Positions 41,701 through 50,233 of a stretch of 64,000 bases of DNA are shown here, piece by piece (within the stretch, counting starts at the first letter, position 1; the number at the start of each line of letters is the position of its first letter). The notes beneath the pieces are model-generated. The model was not told the origin of the DNA. It saw only the letters and a program-made list of their open reading frames with translations, and did not search any database. This DNA comes from Opitutales bacterium. Lineage in GTDB: Bacteria > Verrucomicrobiota > Verrucomicrobiia > Opitutales > Seribacteraceae. The DNA lies in NCBI GenBank assembly GCA_028101545.1, contig JAOHKZ010000007.1, positions 6,168 through 70,167 on the forward strand, in the 5' to 3' direction. The position numbers and the translations under genes are program-made.

Positions 41701-42419
41701 ATCTGAAGTTCGACCTGTCCGTAGGTTTCGTCTCCATTCTTACCATTTACCAGAGCAAGAAAACGAAGAGGTTCGTTTTTAGGAGTAATGGTGGTATTTT
41801 CATCAGGTATCAAGAGGGTGACCTCCACATTTGTAACCGGGGCGATATTTGCTCCGGGTAGTAATGCACGCCCCATCAATCTTTGAAGTTTAGGACCAAA
41901 ATCTGTGTATGAAAAAAGTCCAAAACTGAAGAGAAGAAGAACGAGGGATGCTTGAATCCATCTTTTAACCATTGCAAATGGAAGCAGGCTGATAATATCC
42001 AATTCGTGAATTTGGCCGGATACTTTTTCCTGAACCAGTTTACGAAAGATCAATGAGTCATTGATCTCACCCCCCTGTGAACCGAGTTCAACAGCTGATA
42101 GAATATCCTGTTTCATTTCGGGCTTAATTTGCTCAAGTAAACGCGCCAATTCCCGATGGCTTGGTAAATGAAGAAGCATGCGGGCCGAAGTTTTCCATAC
42201 CGCCCATATTACAACAACATATCCCAAAATAGATAAAGCCGTACGGAAGTCATCTGGCATTCTTGCCTGAGTGGCAAAATCAATCAATGCAATGGTGGTG
42301 AAAGTAAGGATCAGGGTTACAAATCCAGTACAAATACCCCGAAGCAGAATTAAATTTCTTCGGCGGGCTCGAAAGTCTTCTAATTTTTTAAGAATGACAG
42401 GATCTGTATTTACATTCAT
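35718..42419 (-). CDS. Giant membrane-anchored Ig-like + coiled-coil protein (2233 aa; DUF4175-like architecture)
   Basis: Three N-terminal TMs, beta-rich region (ATDDLGL), more than 1000 aa of E/K/A/Q heptads, C-terminal WGKLP...YRNRVEAYFR. Confidence 0.75.
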   Translation of the reverse strand: MNVNTDPVILKKLEDFRARRRNLILLRGICTGFVTLILTFTTIALIDFATQARMPDDFRTALSILGYVVVIWAVWKTSARMLLHLPSHRELARLLEQIKPEMKQDILSAVELGSQGGEINDSLIFRKLVQEKVSGQIHELDIISLLPFAMVKRWIQASLVLLLFSFGLFSYTDFGPKLQRLMGRALLPGANIAPVTNVEVTLLIPDENTTITPKNEPLRFLALVNGKNGDETYGQVELQIKEKENVKRVSMFSRTTERFALDYNVGSNPFDYRVWVDSSPRTAWRTMNVASRPYIIGFTKTYHFPKYTELPPHIDEEDKGHLSAWEDTRVELKLHLSQAVSSGSLFLDWTGKKPGTLPLSPSEDGRSLGGTIMLNQSGTYRALDLIDQKIGWKGKPSQRYEINVKVDVAPSISWLAKQKDNLLLAPEDILSLEGWATDDLGLNRIEFHYQNNRGKWKKFLLPGDRNAKGKNTFPISFDIDLLSLKPKPGDQALVKLVAYDLKGSMSETDPINLSFVSRNFDLTHINILERKNQVMEAWEEVANKNRASGKEFQQISKGKNYQEGMLESDLEILEKMNDDLRELELLAYEKNLQVLTTMPRGADAQEIAMLSQSMGQLAKTSRSQNRIIIEQLENVQSDPKEIKKLMNKLGQNVQKNAIGFSGNLRNVARNLLDQHILTVATSYLAQLSKQQKELSRLAKEDHSSTFLVRRQEIALHQWEAISKVFAYERRGIPPAIKNSSREQGKLLDKMENIDAAKNEFVQQVENWSRMVEQFYKETERNLSNQVNHNFAQDRKNLFFNLGYTWGNLKKLATNWKTLEQKAEIEKSLSNQLNREILLNIDALSMRSEVEHSRKDPNSGFVKDAGQASRALIQLKQKLNDRSVEKPEQVENLSDICQIISDSFRVLEMYQIVLQSAKQAVYFTNLEKRSIQGAKATGERARQWAMTGSFWEPTSNFLREANLSREAVDILRTLNTKPFVKEISKEMKNRVSRPDNQFSAMDKEGEEIIAELEKVLLLLKPEATQARKTINELAPTLAELARALSKQTRARQKEAEEIKNKKEQKLAENRKESTSLQDKQRLLNQDIDSFTIALTQEAGVQNLVDKEGREIARDADDAAALVQTRKKSVQENLSDALQANTIAEQNEALESTIETQQRLAETLDLIADHFEKVNGKKDASETREELRKVEEELGIKEEVEKQFAQAEKLGELAKLPPEALLAELEKELKKNQPMKEELSDISKESIEEAIEDLEEAKKEEMELAKKLESSDSELAKKKKELAKKLEQIAKESENLAKNQVKQAVEKSEDLLPDNTSEKIKQAKENLEEVAKQTNNTAKPDNTAQALKNDAKELAQALNEAQDVLNDASEKIDNLANLTPEDAKKIAEQAKVKLDEALETLAEKKEVEKELNQKADRARKKAAEAKALVEKAQEEEEFKKKNAQRTVQDASLQPENQVAQKEAKEAILQAQKAENNKQKKEELAKKAIEQAEKINEELASANQETEAQKEETEQRRDLANLTEDQAKEFENPSTQKKAQSNAKQAAQKSEEAMNKAKDLEKKALEVAKQLEELDKESKPAQEEIVKGLEQQKEIAEEVFEAADELARTARHEERMDNEQVAKEIADVAKNSLEVAQESIPKTAQALQNEALSNELKDLATKANELASKTDDRKLSDPLKQAAEETLMSLDGNQGLDQIKDAAKEFAEQAQQAAEEFAKAEEKTAQTHDEMKAKSEKKEEQAKAANQLAQDAKKEAKSLNKEAQDLASLAKVAQEESENAEAKSSLEPNNPETTKASKLAQDATKAAHENADKANTQALEAMATQESLAQKAEQVSKEAKDAKNKANEAKKMAERISQQAKEAEELTDSAQEFYENLPDSPVFSDLIQDDESLPSLSEALANTTDQLDEQIDTLSRLNSEEPENSQINTQADIPPMEPELASNNDTQASPLPTQPTTNENNEDTATTLTASLPDGSASQNEPSNLILDSPQGGELASNNEVAPSPNQTTGDENPGDSATTPSTSSPDGSPSQNESSDIALDSPEVAQALAQTLDFLDQALNPSSNPFANEGLNSEEGQAGEQDTPIEITGSENTEPGKPGKPKPGHGPGNGAGGHFSGNGALSNASAQAMVAAARALAEASQTQSQAMAQARSPIQNTFNGTNSLESNDQSYMEDQDLTFQEIPELDKEEFEEWGKLPPKLAKDLMESRRENVSGDYRNRVEAYFRAMASKARKSK
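36301..36615 (-). repeat. Two diverged ~159-bp coding repeats in the giant protein
   Basis: ELASNN...PDGSxSQNExSxxxLDSP occurs twice; DNA anchors ggagaatccaag at 36301 and 36460. Confidence 0.75.
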
Positions 42420-42443
42420 GAGATTAATTTTGGATGGGAAAAT

Positions 42444-45400
42444 TTAAAGCATTCCGGCTCGTTTACGGAGAAATAATTCGATCACAAGTAGAAAAAATAT
42501 TGGAGCAAACCACCAGTAACTTTGCCAAAGTACGAGCTCAGAAGTTATCATTCTTCCTGAGCTGACTGGTTTGAGAATTTTATTAAGTTGCCCAACTTTT
42601 TCCTCCGGTAAAAATGTACCTCCAGATAAATCAGCCATTTGTTTTAAAAGTTCAACATTACAGGTAAGATAGCTTTTTTCATTGTTCATGATTGGTTTTA
42701 CTAAAAAAGTGGCCTCAACATTCGAATCGGTTTCATTTATGAATTCCGGAGATCGAAGAGAGACACGATAATTTCCTTGGCCAAGTTGTGGTGTTTCACC
42801 AAGGAATAATCCGCCTGTCTCAGCTTTTAAGGGGATTGTTGCAATTACTTTTGTTCCGTTCCATAGAAGCGCATCAACCTCCGGATAAGGTTCTTGGGCT
42901 GGTTTTCCATTTTCATCTCGTAGTCGAGCCCGTATGACCGCTTTTTCTCCGGAAGAAAATGTATTTCCTCCCACATCAAGAGAAATTCGAGAATCGCTGA
43001 CCGCAAAAGGTTTTTCCATGATCCACGAAATTAACTGATTCCAATATCTTTGATGATATTTATCTCCCACTTCAAATCGCCATTTCCATGTTTCATCAAA
43101 GCCAGCATATAAAGCCTTTCCTGCACCGAAGCTATGTCCGACAAGCAGTGGAGTCAGGTTTTTTCCATTTTCATCCAATTGAGCTTGTAGAAAAATTTCA
43201 GCACTGGGAAGGTTTTCAATTGGAGCTGACCAAGCAGGTACGGGTAAATATTTCCATAATTCACGGTTTCTTTGGGAAATAGGTTCTAAAATAAGAGCGG
43301 GTAATTTATTGGTTTGTTGGTTGAAAGAAAAAGCCCGCGGAGCCACCCTGGGTGGACTGTTCTTTTTCCATCGAACCGGTAGTAAGCTTAGAACAGGTTC
43401 CGTTTCGGTATTTGAATATTTTCTGAGCATTTGTCGAGGACCATCCAAAAAAAGTAGCCCGCCACCCCGTTTGCCAACAAATTCACGAATCCATTCCTGT
43501 TCTTTTGTTTTGAGTTCATTGGCTTCCACTTCCCCGTATAGGATCAGGTCGTAGCTAAATAGAATATTTTTTTCATCGGGGAAAACATCGCCTTCTTTAC
43601 CTCTGGGTAGTTTGTCATTGCTGGAACCAATGCCACCCCATACGCAGGTAACATCCCATCTTTCATCCCTTTCAAATAAATTTTTTAAATACCGGGTTTC
43701 CCATCGGGGTCTGCTATCCAAAATAAGGAGCCGGTTTTTTCTGGTTACCGCATCCACCGAGAACGGAATGACATTATTGGCTAATTCGCTTTCTCCTTCA
43801 ATCGGTTCAACTTCAACTTTTAACCGAAGGGGAATAGAATGAAGAATTAATTCTTTATTCGCACCTAATGAGGCTTGTTTTTTCTCGACGAGTTCTTTGG
43901 CAGGGAAATCAAACTCCACTTCTCTTCTTCGGAGATCTAAACCGCTTAGGTTTTGATCCCAAACAATTGAATTATCAAAATCTTTAATGAGCAAATGAAA
44001 GGGTGTTCCTGGGATCAAATCATCTTTCAAAGTAATTGTTCCCCGTACTCTGTCTTCTTTAAAAACAGTAAGTGGTTTTTGGACTGAAAGTACGGCTAGA
44101 TCCGGTGGTCTTTGAATACTGCCCAATCCCACAGTATGGATGGGAAGATTTCGTGCAGCGAGTAATTTAGAAATTTCAAGTGGGGAACCACCTCGATTAT
44201 GACCACCATCGCTAAAAAGAACCGCTGCCGCTCGGGTGTTTTTGGTCGAGTTTGATTGATCTTCCCCCACTTTTATAGTCGACCGAATTCCGGTTGCCAG
44301 ATCTGTGCTTGAATCTACTGGTTCAATTTCAAAAGTCGGAAGGTTGGGGGATGATTCATTTTCCCAGAGCAAGTTGGTGCTATTACCGGAAATAGTTCGT
44401 ACTTCAAGAAGGTGGGTTTCAGAAAGATCGGCAAGTAAGCCCTTGTCCTTCTTGGTCAAAATTCGAGTGGCACGATTCCATCGATTGGAGTCCTCAAAAG
44501 AATTCATCGCACTCAATATACTTTCATTTTCACTTGTTAGGATTTCTTCCGCATAAGCATTGAAAGATTCCTCTAACTGGACTGAATACTTAAGCAAAGA
44601 ACCGGCGAGTTTTCTCCACAGGTCAGGATTATTGGAATCCGAATCTTTGATTGAATTTAAAAGTGGATCAATTTCCTTTTTCATACCATCTATCCAATTT
44701 GCAAAGGACGGATTTTTTTCATTGGATGGAGCAGAAAAACGGATACCAGGGATTGGGCGTTCCATTTTCCCGTCTGGCAGGGTCCACCCAACGGCAACAA
44801 AATCTGCCCCGCTTCCTTCTTTGTGTAAAACTTCAAAGTGGTATTTTTTGCCAGCGGTCAGTTTTATTTCTGTACTCTTTTTATTCGAATCCCATGCTCT
44901 ACCCATCGCCTGGGTGACATTGAGAATTTCTTTTGCTCCCTTTGGGTTTATTCCATTCGAATTTATACGAAGACTGGAATAATCATCTGAATATATCCAA
45001 AATATATAATTCCCGGAGATGGGAGGAAGTAGATAACCGTGGAATCTCCTGATGTAATTATCTCCAATTCCATCTTTGCTATTTGCAGAAAGTAGATAGG
45101 AGGTTCTGTCGGGTTTCTGAGATTTAAATTTTTTACTCCCGGAGATGGAGGCATTATCGCTTCCATTTACATTTTCCCAAATTTCTTCCAAAAGTACCCC
45201 TTCTTTTTCTTTTACTATCGGTATAAATTCATTTTTCCCTGTCAATTGGGAATGGGTATCACGAATATTCTTTCGAATATTTTTTTCAAGATTTTGGAAG
45301 TTTTGGTTTGCCGAAGAAAATTCATTCATTATCTGATCACTCGCTTTTCGAAGAAGTACGGAGGATTCATGAAGACTGAAGTCGGCAAGGTTCTGATCTT

Positions 45401-45752
45401 TGGGAAGAAAGCCAAGCTGCTCGGCAAGAACTAGTTTTCTACCTGCATCCATATGTTCATCGGTAAGGGCCATACTTTCTGAAGAATCCAAAAATACAAG
45501 AATACGACCCCGTTCGCCGTCTTCCCAGGAGGTACGAAGAAGCGGGCCGGCAAAAGTTATGAAAATTAGTAAGATCGCAACGATTCTCAGGAAAGGAAGA
45601 ATAAACCTAAGTTTACTTGAGGTGCCGCGAATAAGTTCCCCGCGATATAGATACCATGCAAGCAGGGAAAATACCAGGGCCACAAGTACACCTTGCCATA
45701 ATTCCAACTCACCGGTCCAGATCAGATCCCATTGCTTGATCGGGTTGTTCAT
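42444..45752 (-). CDS. Membrane vWA protein with an inserted PA14 domain and a GATase-like domain
   Basis: MIDAS DSSES, later STDL and LFSDG; PA14 motifs YSDDYS and HKEGSGAD; GGGLLFLDG, WKWR; C-terminal TM ending RKRAGML. Confidence 0.8.
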   Translation of the reverse strand: MNNPIKQWDLIWTGELELWQGVLVALVFSLLAWYLYRGELIRGTSSKLRFILPFLRIVAILLIFITFAGPLLRTSWEDGERGRILVFLDSSESMALTDEHMDAGRKLVLAEQLGFLPKDQNLADFSLHESSVLLRKASDQIMNEFSSANQNFQNLEKNIRKNIRDTHSQLTGKNEFIPIVKEKEGVLLEEIWENVNGSDNASISGSKKFKSQKPDRTSYLLSANSKDGIGDNYIRRFHGYLLPPISGNYIFWIYSDDYSSLRINSNGINPKGAKEILNVTQAMGRAWDSNKKSTEIKLTAGKKYHFEVLHKEGSGADFVAVGWTLPDGKMERPIPGIRFSAPSNEKNPSFANWIDGMKKEIDPLLNSIKDSDSNNPDLWRKLAGSLLKYSVQLEESFNAYAEEILTSENESILSAMNSFEDSNRWNRATRILTKKDKGLLADLSETHLLEVRTISGNSTNLLWENESSPNLPTFEIEPVDSSTDLATGIRSTIKVGEDQSNSTKNTRAAAVLFSDGGHNRGGSPLEISKLLAARNLPIHTVGLGSIQRPPDLAVLSVQKPLTVFKEDRVRGTITLKDDLIPGTPFHLLIKDFDNSIVWDQNLSGLDLRRREVEFDFPAKELVEKKQASLGANKELILHSIPLRLKVEVEPIEGESELANNVIPFSVDAVTRKNRLLILDSRPRWETRYLKNLFERDERWDVTCVWGGIGSSNDKLPRGKEGDVFPDEKNILFSYDLILYGEVEANELKTKEQEWIREFVGKRGGGLLFLDGPRQMLRKYSNTETEPVLSLLPVRWKKNSPPRVAPRAFSFNQQTNKLPALILEPISQRNRELWKYLPVPAWSAPIENLPSAEIFLQAQLDENGKNLTPLLVGHSFGAGKALYAGFDETWKWRFEVGDKYHQRYWNQLISWIMEKPFAVSDSRISLDVGGNTFSSGEKAVIRARLRDENGKPAQEPYPEVDALLWNGTKVIATIPLKAETGGLFLGETPQLGQGNYRVSLRSPEFINETDSNVEATFLVKPIMNNEKSYLTCNVELLKQMADLSGGTFLPEEKVGQLNKILKPVSSGRMITSELVLWQSYWWFAPIFFLLVIELFLRKRAGML

Positions 45753-48121
45753 AGTGTAACCTTTCCAAAACTGCGCTGCAAAATAATTTCAAGAAGAATT
45801 AAGGCAAGAACGGCACCCAATAAAATTTTCCATGTTTCCCGGCCAAACTTTCGTTCACTGTCAAGTTTTCGATAGGCAGTAAATGGGTTATTATTTGTTC
45901 CATCAATAATATCAACCGTTTCGGCAAGGCCTTTTGTTTTCTCCGTAATTTCTTCTTTGGATAATCTTTCGAGTCTTGATTCTGTGGATGATGCACCAAC
46001 CGCAAAATGAACCACTTCATTATTCCCCGATTTTAGTTTGTAAATTCCAGGAAGGCGGGTGTTGGTAAATTCAATCAATGCTTTTTTACCCCTTGTATTC
46101 GCAACCAGAGTTCTTACCTGTCCATTGGGTAGGGTGAGTTGAAAGTTTTCTCCCGATTGATCATCGGGAAGATAATGTGTGATCGTAGAACCGGAAAGTA
46201 AGTTGCGTGGAGGTGTGACTTGATCCGCAAGATAGGATGCGAGTTGCTGGGTAAGAGGAAGGTAGCAACTACGGGCGGGTAAGTTTGTCCAGTCAGTATC
46301 AATGGATGTGCCTAAGAAGAGTACAACTCCTTCACCTGACTTCTTTTCGACGATCAGAGGATCTCCCGTTTCCAGTCGTGCAAGAACGGTAATATTTTTT
46401 TCAAATTTTACTCGGCTTTCATCGAGTTGTATCCAATTCTGAATCTCAGCATCGGCAAGGCTTCCATTTCTAGGATCATTGAAAAGTGAGAGAGCAGGGT
46501 GTTCAAAAAAAGAAGAAACGATATGAGTCTGAATGCTTTCAAGGGTGCTCTTTTTTTTGTCTGAAAGTATAGGCATAGGAAGCAATCCAGTTCCTGCTGG
46601 ACCAAGTGCCTGATTATACCAATCCAAATCCATTTGATCGCCCGCACAAATCCAAAGTCCTCCACCTTCTGTAACAAATGTTTCAATAGCTTTCGTACTT
46701 TCTTCCGAGAGTTTGGAAACATTGGCAAGTACCACAAGACTTTGCTCTTTTAAGTTTTGAACGGGGTCAAAATTACTTGCTGACACAATTTGAGCATCAA
46801 TTAGATCCTTAGTTTTTAGGTCTTTTTTTTCTTCCGCTTCGAAGAAGGGTGTAAGCGCAAGTTTGATAAAATCAGTCTCTCCGCGAAGCCATTCTTTAGA
46901 TGGGTCCCCGTCAATAAGGAGGACACCTAATCGATCAATTACATTAATCGAAGCGGACCGACGGTTATCCTGAGGAAGATCGTCAGCAACGGAAAGATCA
47001 ATTCCAATTGTATGGGAACCTGCTTCTTTAAAATGATGAGTGAATAAAACCTGAGTGCTTTCTTTGGCGGGGAGCGAGAGAAGGGCTTCATCAATATGGG
47101 TGTCGGCACCATCAATAAATAAGCGGGCTACCAAATCACCTTCATAAACATTGTCTCCCCAATTTCGAAGGTTGGCCCGAATTTGAATATTTTGTCCGAT
47201 ACCCACGGTTGTTGCGGATAATTCGATTTCCTCAACGCTGACATTCTGATTTTCATCCCCGCCCAAATCGATAATCGTCATAACGGGCTGGATCGTCTCT
47301 TCCTGCATTCTTTCTTTAAAAGAAGATAAAGCGGCAAAATCGAGGGTTTCCCAATCTGATTTTCTGAAATCAGAAAGAAGGATAATTTCCTTTTTGGGAT
47401 TTTTGCCCGAGTGAATGGCTCCAAGTGCCTCGTCCAGAGCATCCAATAATGGAATACGGTCGCTCTGAGCTTTTAATAGATTAGTTCGTTGGGCAAGGGT
47501 ATCCTTTTCGGAAGTTGGTTTTGTGAAAAGTGGGGCAGGGGAACCGCCCATTCTGATGACTGATGCTTCAGAGCCTTTCCCAAGGTCATTTAGCAGGGAA
47601 GTTGAAAAGGTACGGGCCTGAGAAAAACCGTTTTGGGCATTCATTGAAAAACTATCGTCTAATAAAACGACAGTGGAAGATGGAACATCTCCGGAAAGAG
47701 CCCGAACCGAGTTCTGGCTATTCGGATTTGGAATAATTCCCGTTTCCGCTCCGAGAATATAGAGCAATACACATGCACATAGAGTTCCCCATACCATTTT
47801 TGCACGGGGGAGCAGGGCAACCATGATTAAAAAGCCCAGAGCAACCAGAGGCAGAATTATTCGGTTTAAAAAAGGCCCCCATTCTGTGACCACCATGCGT
47901 GCGAGTGCAAGAGCGAGAAGAATTGGAATAATACACCGAATAATCAGCAGAATAATTTGTTCAAGTTGAAGCTGTCTTCGGTTTTTACGTAAGACGGATT
48001 CGAGCAAATGAATGGCACCCCATGCCACTACTTTAAACCGACTACGGTTAAATAAATGAATAAGCAAAGGAACCAAGGCGGCGATTGCCCCAAAAGCTAG
48101 AATTCCGTTCAAGAAGGTCAT
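45749..48121 (-). CDS. BatA-domain vWA membrane protein with CARDB-like and GATase-like domains
   Basis: N-terminal PLLIHLFNR...LARM (BatA), MIDAS DDSFSM, LLSD, Ig-like DNRRS, C-terminal TM. Confidence 0.85.
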   Translation of the reverse strand: MTFLNGILAFGAIAALVPLLIHLFNRSRFKVVAWGAIHLLESVLRKNRRQLQLEQIILLIIRCIIPILLALALARMVVTEWGPFLNRIILPLVALGFLIMVALLPRAKMVWGTLCACVLLYILGAETGIIPNPNSQNSVRALSGDVPSSTVVLLDDSFSMNAQNGFSQARTFSTSLLNDLGKGSEASVIRMGGSPAPLFTKPTSEKDTLAQRTNLLKAQSDRIPLLDALDEALGAIHSGKNPKKEIILLSDFRKSDWETLDFAALSSFKERMQEETIQPVMTIIDLGGDENQNVSVEEIELSATTVGIGQNIQIRANLRNWGDNVYEGDLVARLFIDGADTHIDEALLSLPAKESTQVLFTHHFKEAGSHTIGIDLSVADDLPQDNRRSASINVIDRLGVLLIDGDPSKEWLRGETDFIKLALTPFFEAEEKKDLKTKDLIDAQIVSASNFDPVQNLKEQSLVVLANVSKLSEESTKAIETFVTEGGGLWICAGDQMDLDWYNQALGPAGTGLLPMPILSDKKKSTLESIQTHIVSSFFEHPALSLFNDPRNGSLADAEIQNWIQLDESRVKFEKNITVLARLETGDPLIVEKKSGEGVVLFLGTSIDTDWTNLPARSCYLPLTQQLASYLADQVTPPRNLLSGSTITHYLPDDQSGENFQLTLPNGQVRTLVANTRGKKALIEFTNTRLPGIYKLKSGNNEVVHFAVGASSTESRLERLSKEEITEKTKGLAETVDIIDGTNNNPFTAYRKLDSERKFGRETWKILLGAVLALILLEIILQRSFGKVTL

Positions 48122-49038
48122 ATTCTGGCAGGTCTTCTTATTTTATTACGGGCGGCAAGAAATGCCCCCAGTCCATCGGCATATGGTTGGTCGGTAACCA
48201 TGGGCACCAAAGAGATTCGATTTCGATGACATCCTTTAGTTAATCCATCCCGAAAAACCTCTAGGTTTTTTAAATAGGCTTCACGAAGATGTTTTGGATC
48301 CACGGTATGCTTGAGTCCTTGTTTTTCCAAACATTCAAAACGTGTCCAATTTTGAAAAGGAAAATCAAGCTCATCCCGATCCCAAATTTGAAAAATTACG
48401 ATGTCATGTTTGGCATGTCGAAAATGGGCAAGTCCTTTGAGTGTGGATTCAAGATCACCAAAACAATCAGAAAAGAGTACGAGCAATCCCCTCCTTTTAA
48501 TCTTGGGGGCGAGTTCATGAAAAACAGAACCTAAGTCAGTTTCTCCTCCCACTTTAGTTGCGGCCAGAACATCGATAATATTTTTAACATGGGAAGCACC
48601 CCCACGAACGGGTAGTTGAGTCCGCACTTTTTGATCAAATACAGTCAGGCCAACACTGTCAGTCTGCCTGAGGATTAAATAAGCAAGGCAGGCGGACATA
48701 CGGGATGCATAGTCAAGTTTAGTTTGACTGATCGCCCGATCGCCCTTGTAGCCCATAGACCCGCTTGCATCGAGTAGCATGTTACACCTGAGGTTAGTTT
48801 CCTCTTCGTACTCGCGGATGAAAAAACGGTCTGTTTTTCCAAATACTTTCCAGTCTAAACGGCGGATTTCATCACCGGGAGTGTAAGCCCGGTGTTGTTT
48901 GAATTCCACACTGAATCCTTTGTGTGGTGACCGGTGAAGACCCGAGCAGAAACCTTCCACCACCCGCTTGGCAAGCACCTGGTGCTTGGCAAGAAGGGAC
49001 AGGTCCTTGGGGTCAAGAAAGTCGGATGAGCCGGCCAT
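48118..49038 (-). CDS. DUF58 vWA-like protein
   Basis: GLHRSPHKGFSVEFKQHRAYTPGDEIRRLDWK, REYEEETN, LDASGSM. Confidence 0.92.
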   Translation of the reverse strand: MAGSSDFLDPKDLSLLAKHQVLAKRVVEGFCSGLHRSPHKGFSVEFKQHRAYTPGDEIRRLDWKVFGKTDRFFIREYEEETNLRCNMLLDASGSMGYKGDRAISQTKLDYASRMSACLAYLILRQTDSVGLTVFDQKVRTQLPVRGGASHVKNIIDVLAATKVGGETDLGSVFHELAPKIKRRGLLVLFSDCFGDLESTLKGLAHFRHAKHDIVIFQIWDRDELDFPFQNWTRFECLEKQGLKHTVDPKHLREAYLKNLEVFRDGLTKGCHRNRISLVPMVTDQPYADGLGAFLAARNKIRRPARI

Positions 49039-49067
49039 CTAAAGTGACTTTAGGTTCAGGAGTGAAA

Positions 49068-50093
49068 TTAGAGAACGGCTTCTTTTTGGGTAGGTACTTC
49101 TTCAATCAAACGGTCAATCAAAGAGTCCACGGTTATACCCTCTGCTTCCGCATTAAAGGTAGGTACAATTCGATGCCTTAAAACCGGATGGGCCAGTGCG
49201 GTCACATCCTCAATTTTTGCGTGAAAACGTCCATTGAGCAAAGCCCTTACCTTCGCACCCAAAATAAGTTGCTGGCATGCACGTGGTCCGGGTCCCCAAT
49301 CAATTAAATCTTTCACCCAGTTTGCTGAGCTTTCTTCCTTGGGTCTTGCTCCACGGACTAGTTCAAGAACAAAGTCGTAAACATGATCGGGAACCGGAAC
49401 TTTCCGGACCGTTTCCTGACACTCAATTAAAGAAGGCCCATCAATAACCGGTTTAAGTTTTGATTCAAAAGTGGAAGTGGTCTGTTCCACAATTTGCCTT
49501 TCCTCTTCGCGTGATGGGTAGTCCACAATAATTTGAAAAAGAAAACGGTCACGCTGGGCTTCGGGTAGGGGATAGGTACCCTCCTGTTCAATCGGGTTCT
49601 GAGTTGCCAGCACAAAGAAAGGTTCCTCTAAATGATAGGTCTTACCTCCCACCGTTACATCGTGTTCCTGCATGGCTTCAAGTAAAGCCGCCTGCGTTTT
49701 TGGAGGGGTTCGGTTGATTTCATCAGCCAGAATAATTTGACTAAAGATGGGCCCTTTATCAAAAACGAGTTCCCGGTGCCCAGTTTTTTTATCCTCCTGA
49801 ATGATATCAGTTCCGGTAATATCAGCCGGCATGAGATCTGGAGTAAACTGAATTCTGCGAAAACTCAGTTCAATTGCCTGAGCGAGTGAGCGGATCATGA
49901 GGGTCTTCGCAAGTCCAGGTACACCTTCCAACAGGCAATGCCCCCGGGCGAGCATGGCAATCAACAGCTGATCAAGCACTTCGTCCTGTCCCACAATGAC
50001 TTGATGAACCTGAGATTTTATTTTTTCATACGCTTCCACCAATTTCTTGGCCATTTTTTGGTCATCAATTTGTTCTTTTTTTGAAGGGCTCAC
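49068..50093 (-). CDS. MoxR-family AAA+ ATPase
   Basis: [50 protein letters not shown]. Confidence 0.95.
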   Translation of the reverse strand: MSPSKKEQIDDQKMAKKLVEAYEKIKSQVHQVIVGQDEVLDQLLIAMLARGHCLLEGVPGLAKTLMIRSLAQAIELSFRRIQFTPDLMPADITGTDIIQEDKKTGHRELVFDKGPIFSQIILADEINRTPPKTQAALLEAMQEHDVTVGGKTYHLEEPFFVLATQNPIEQEGTYPLPEAQRDRFLFQIIVDYPSREEERQIVEQTTSTFESKLKPVIDGPSLIECQETVRKVPVPDHVYDFVLELVRGARPKEESSANWVKDLIDWGPGPRACQQLILGAKVRALLNGRFHAKIEDVTALAHPVLRHRIVPTFNAEAEGITVDSLIDRLIEEVPTQKEAVL

Positions 50094-50233
50094 AGTAGGA
50101 TTTTGGTTAGAGTTAAGCTGAGGCTGAATAAATACGAAAAATTAAATAATAATTGTTATCTGAATGCTTCTATTAGAGAAGCAAACATAAAATCATGCTT
50201 TTTTAACAAAAAAAGCGAGAGAGTATTCGGGAT

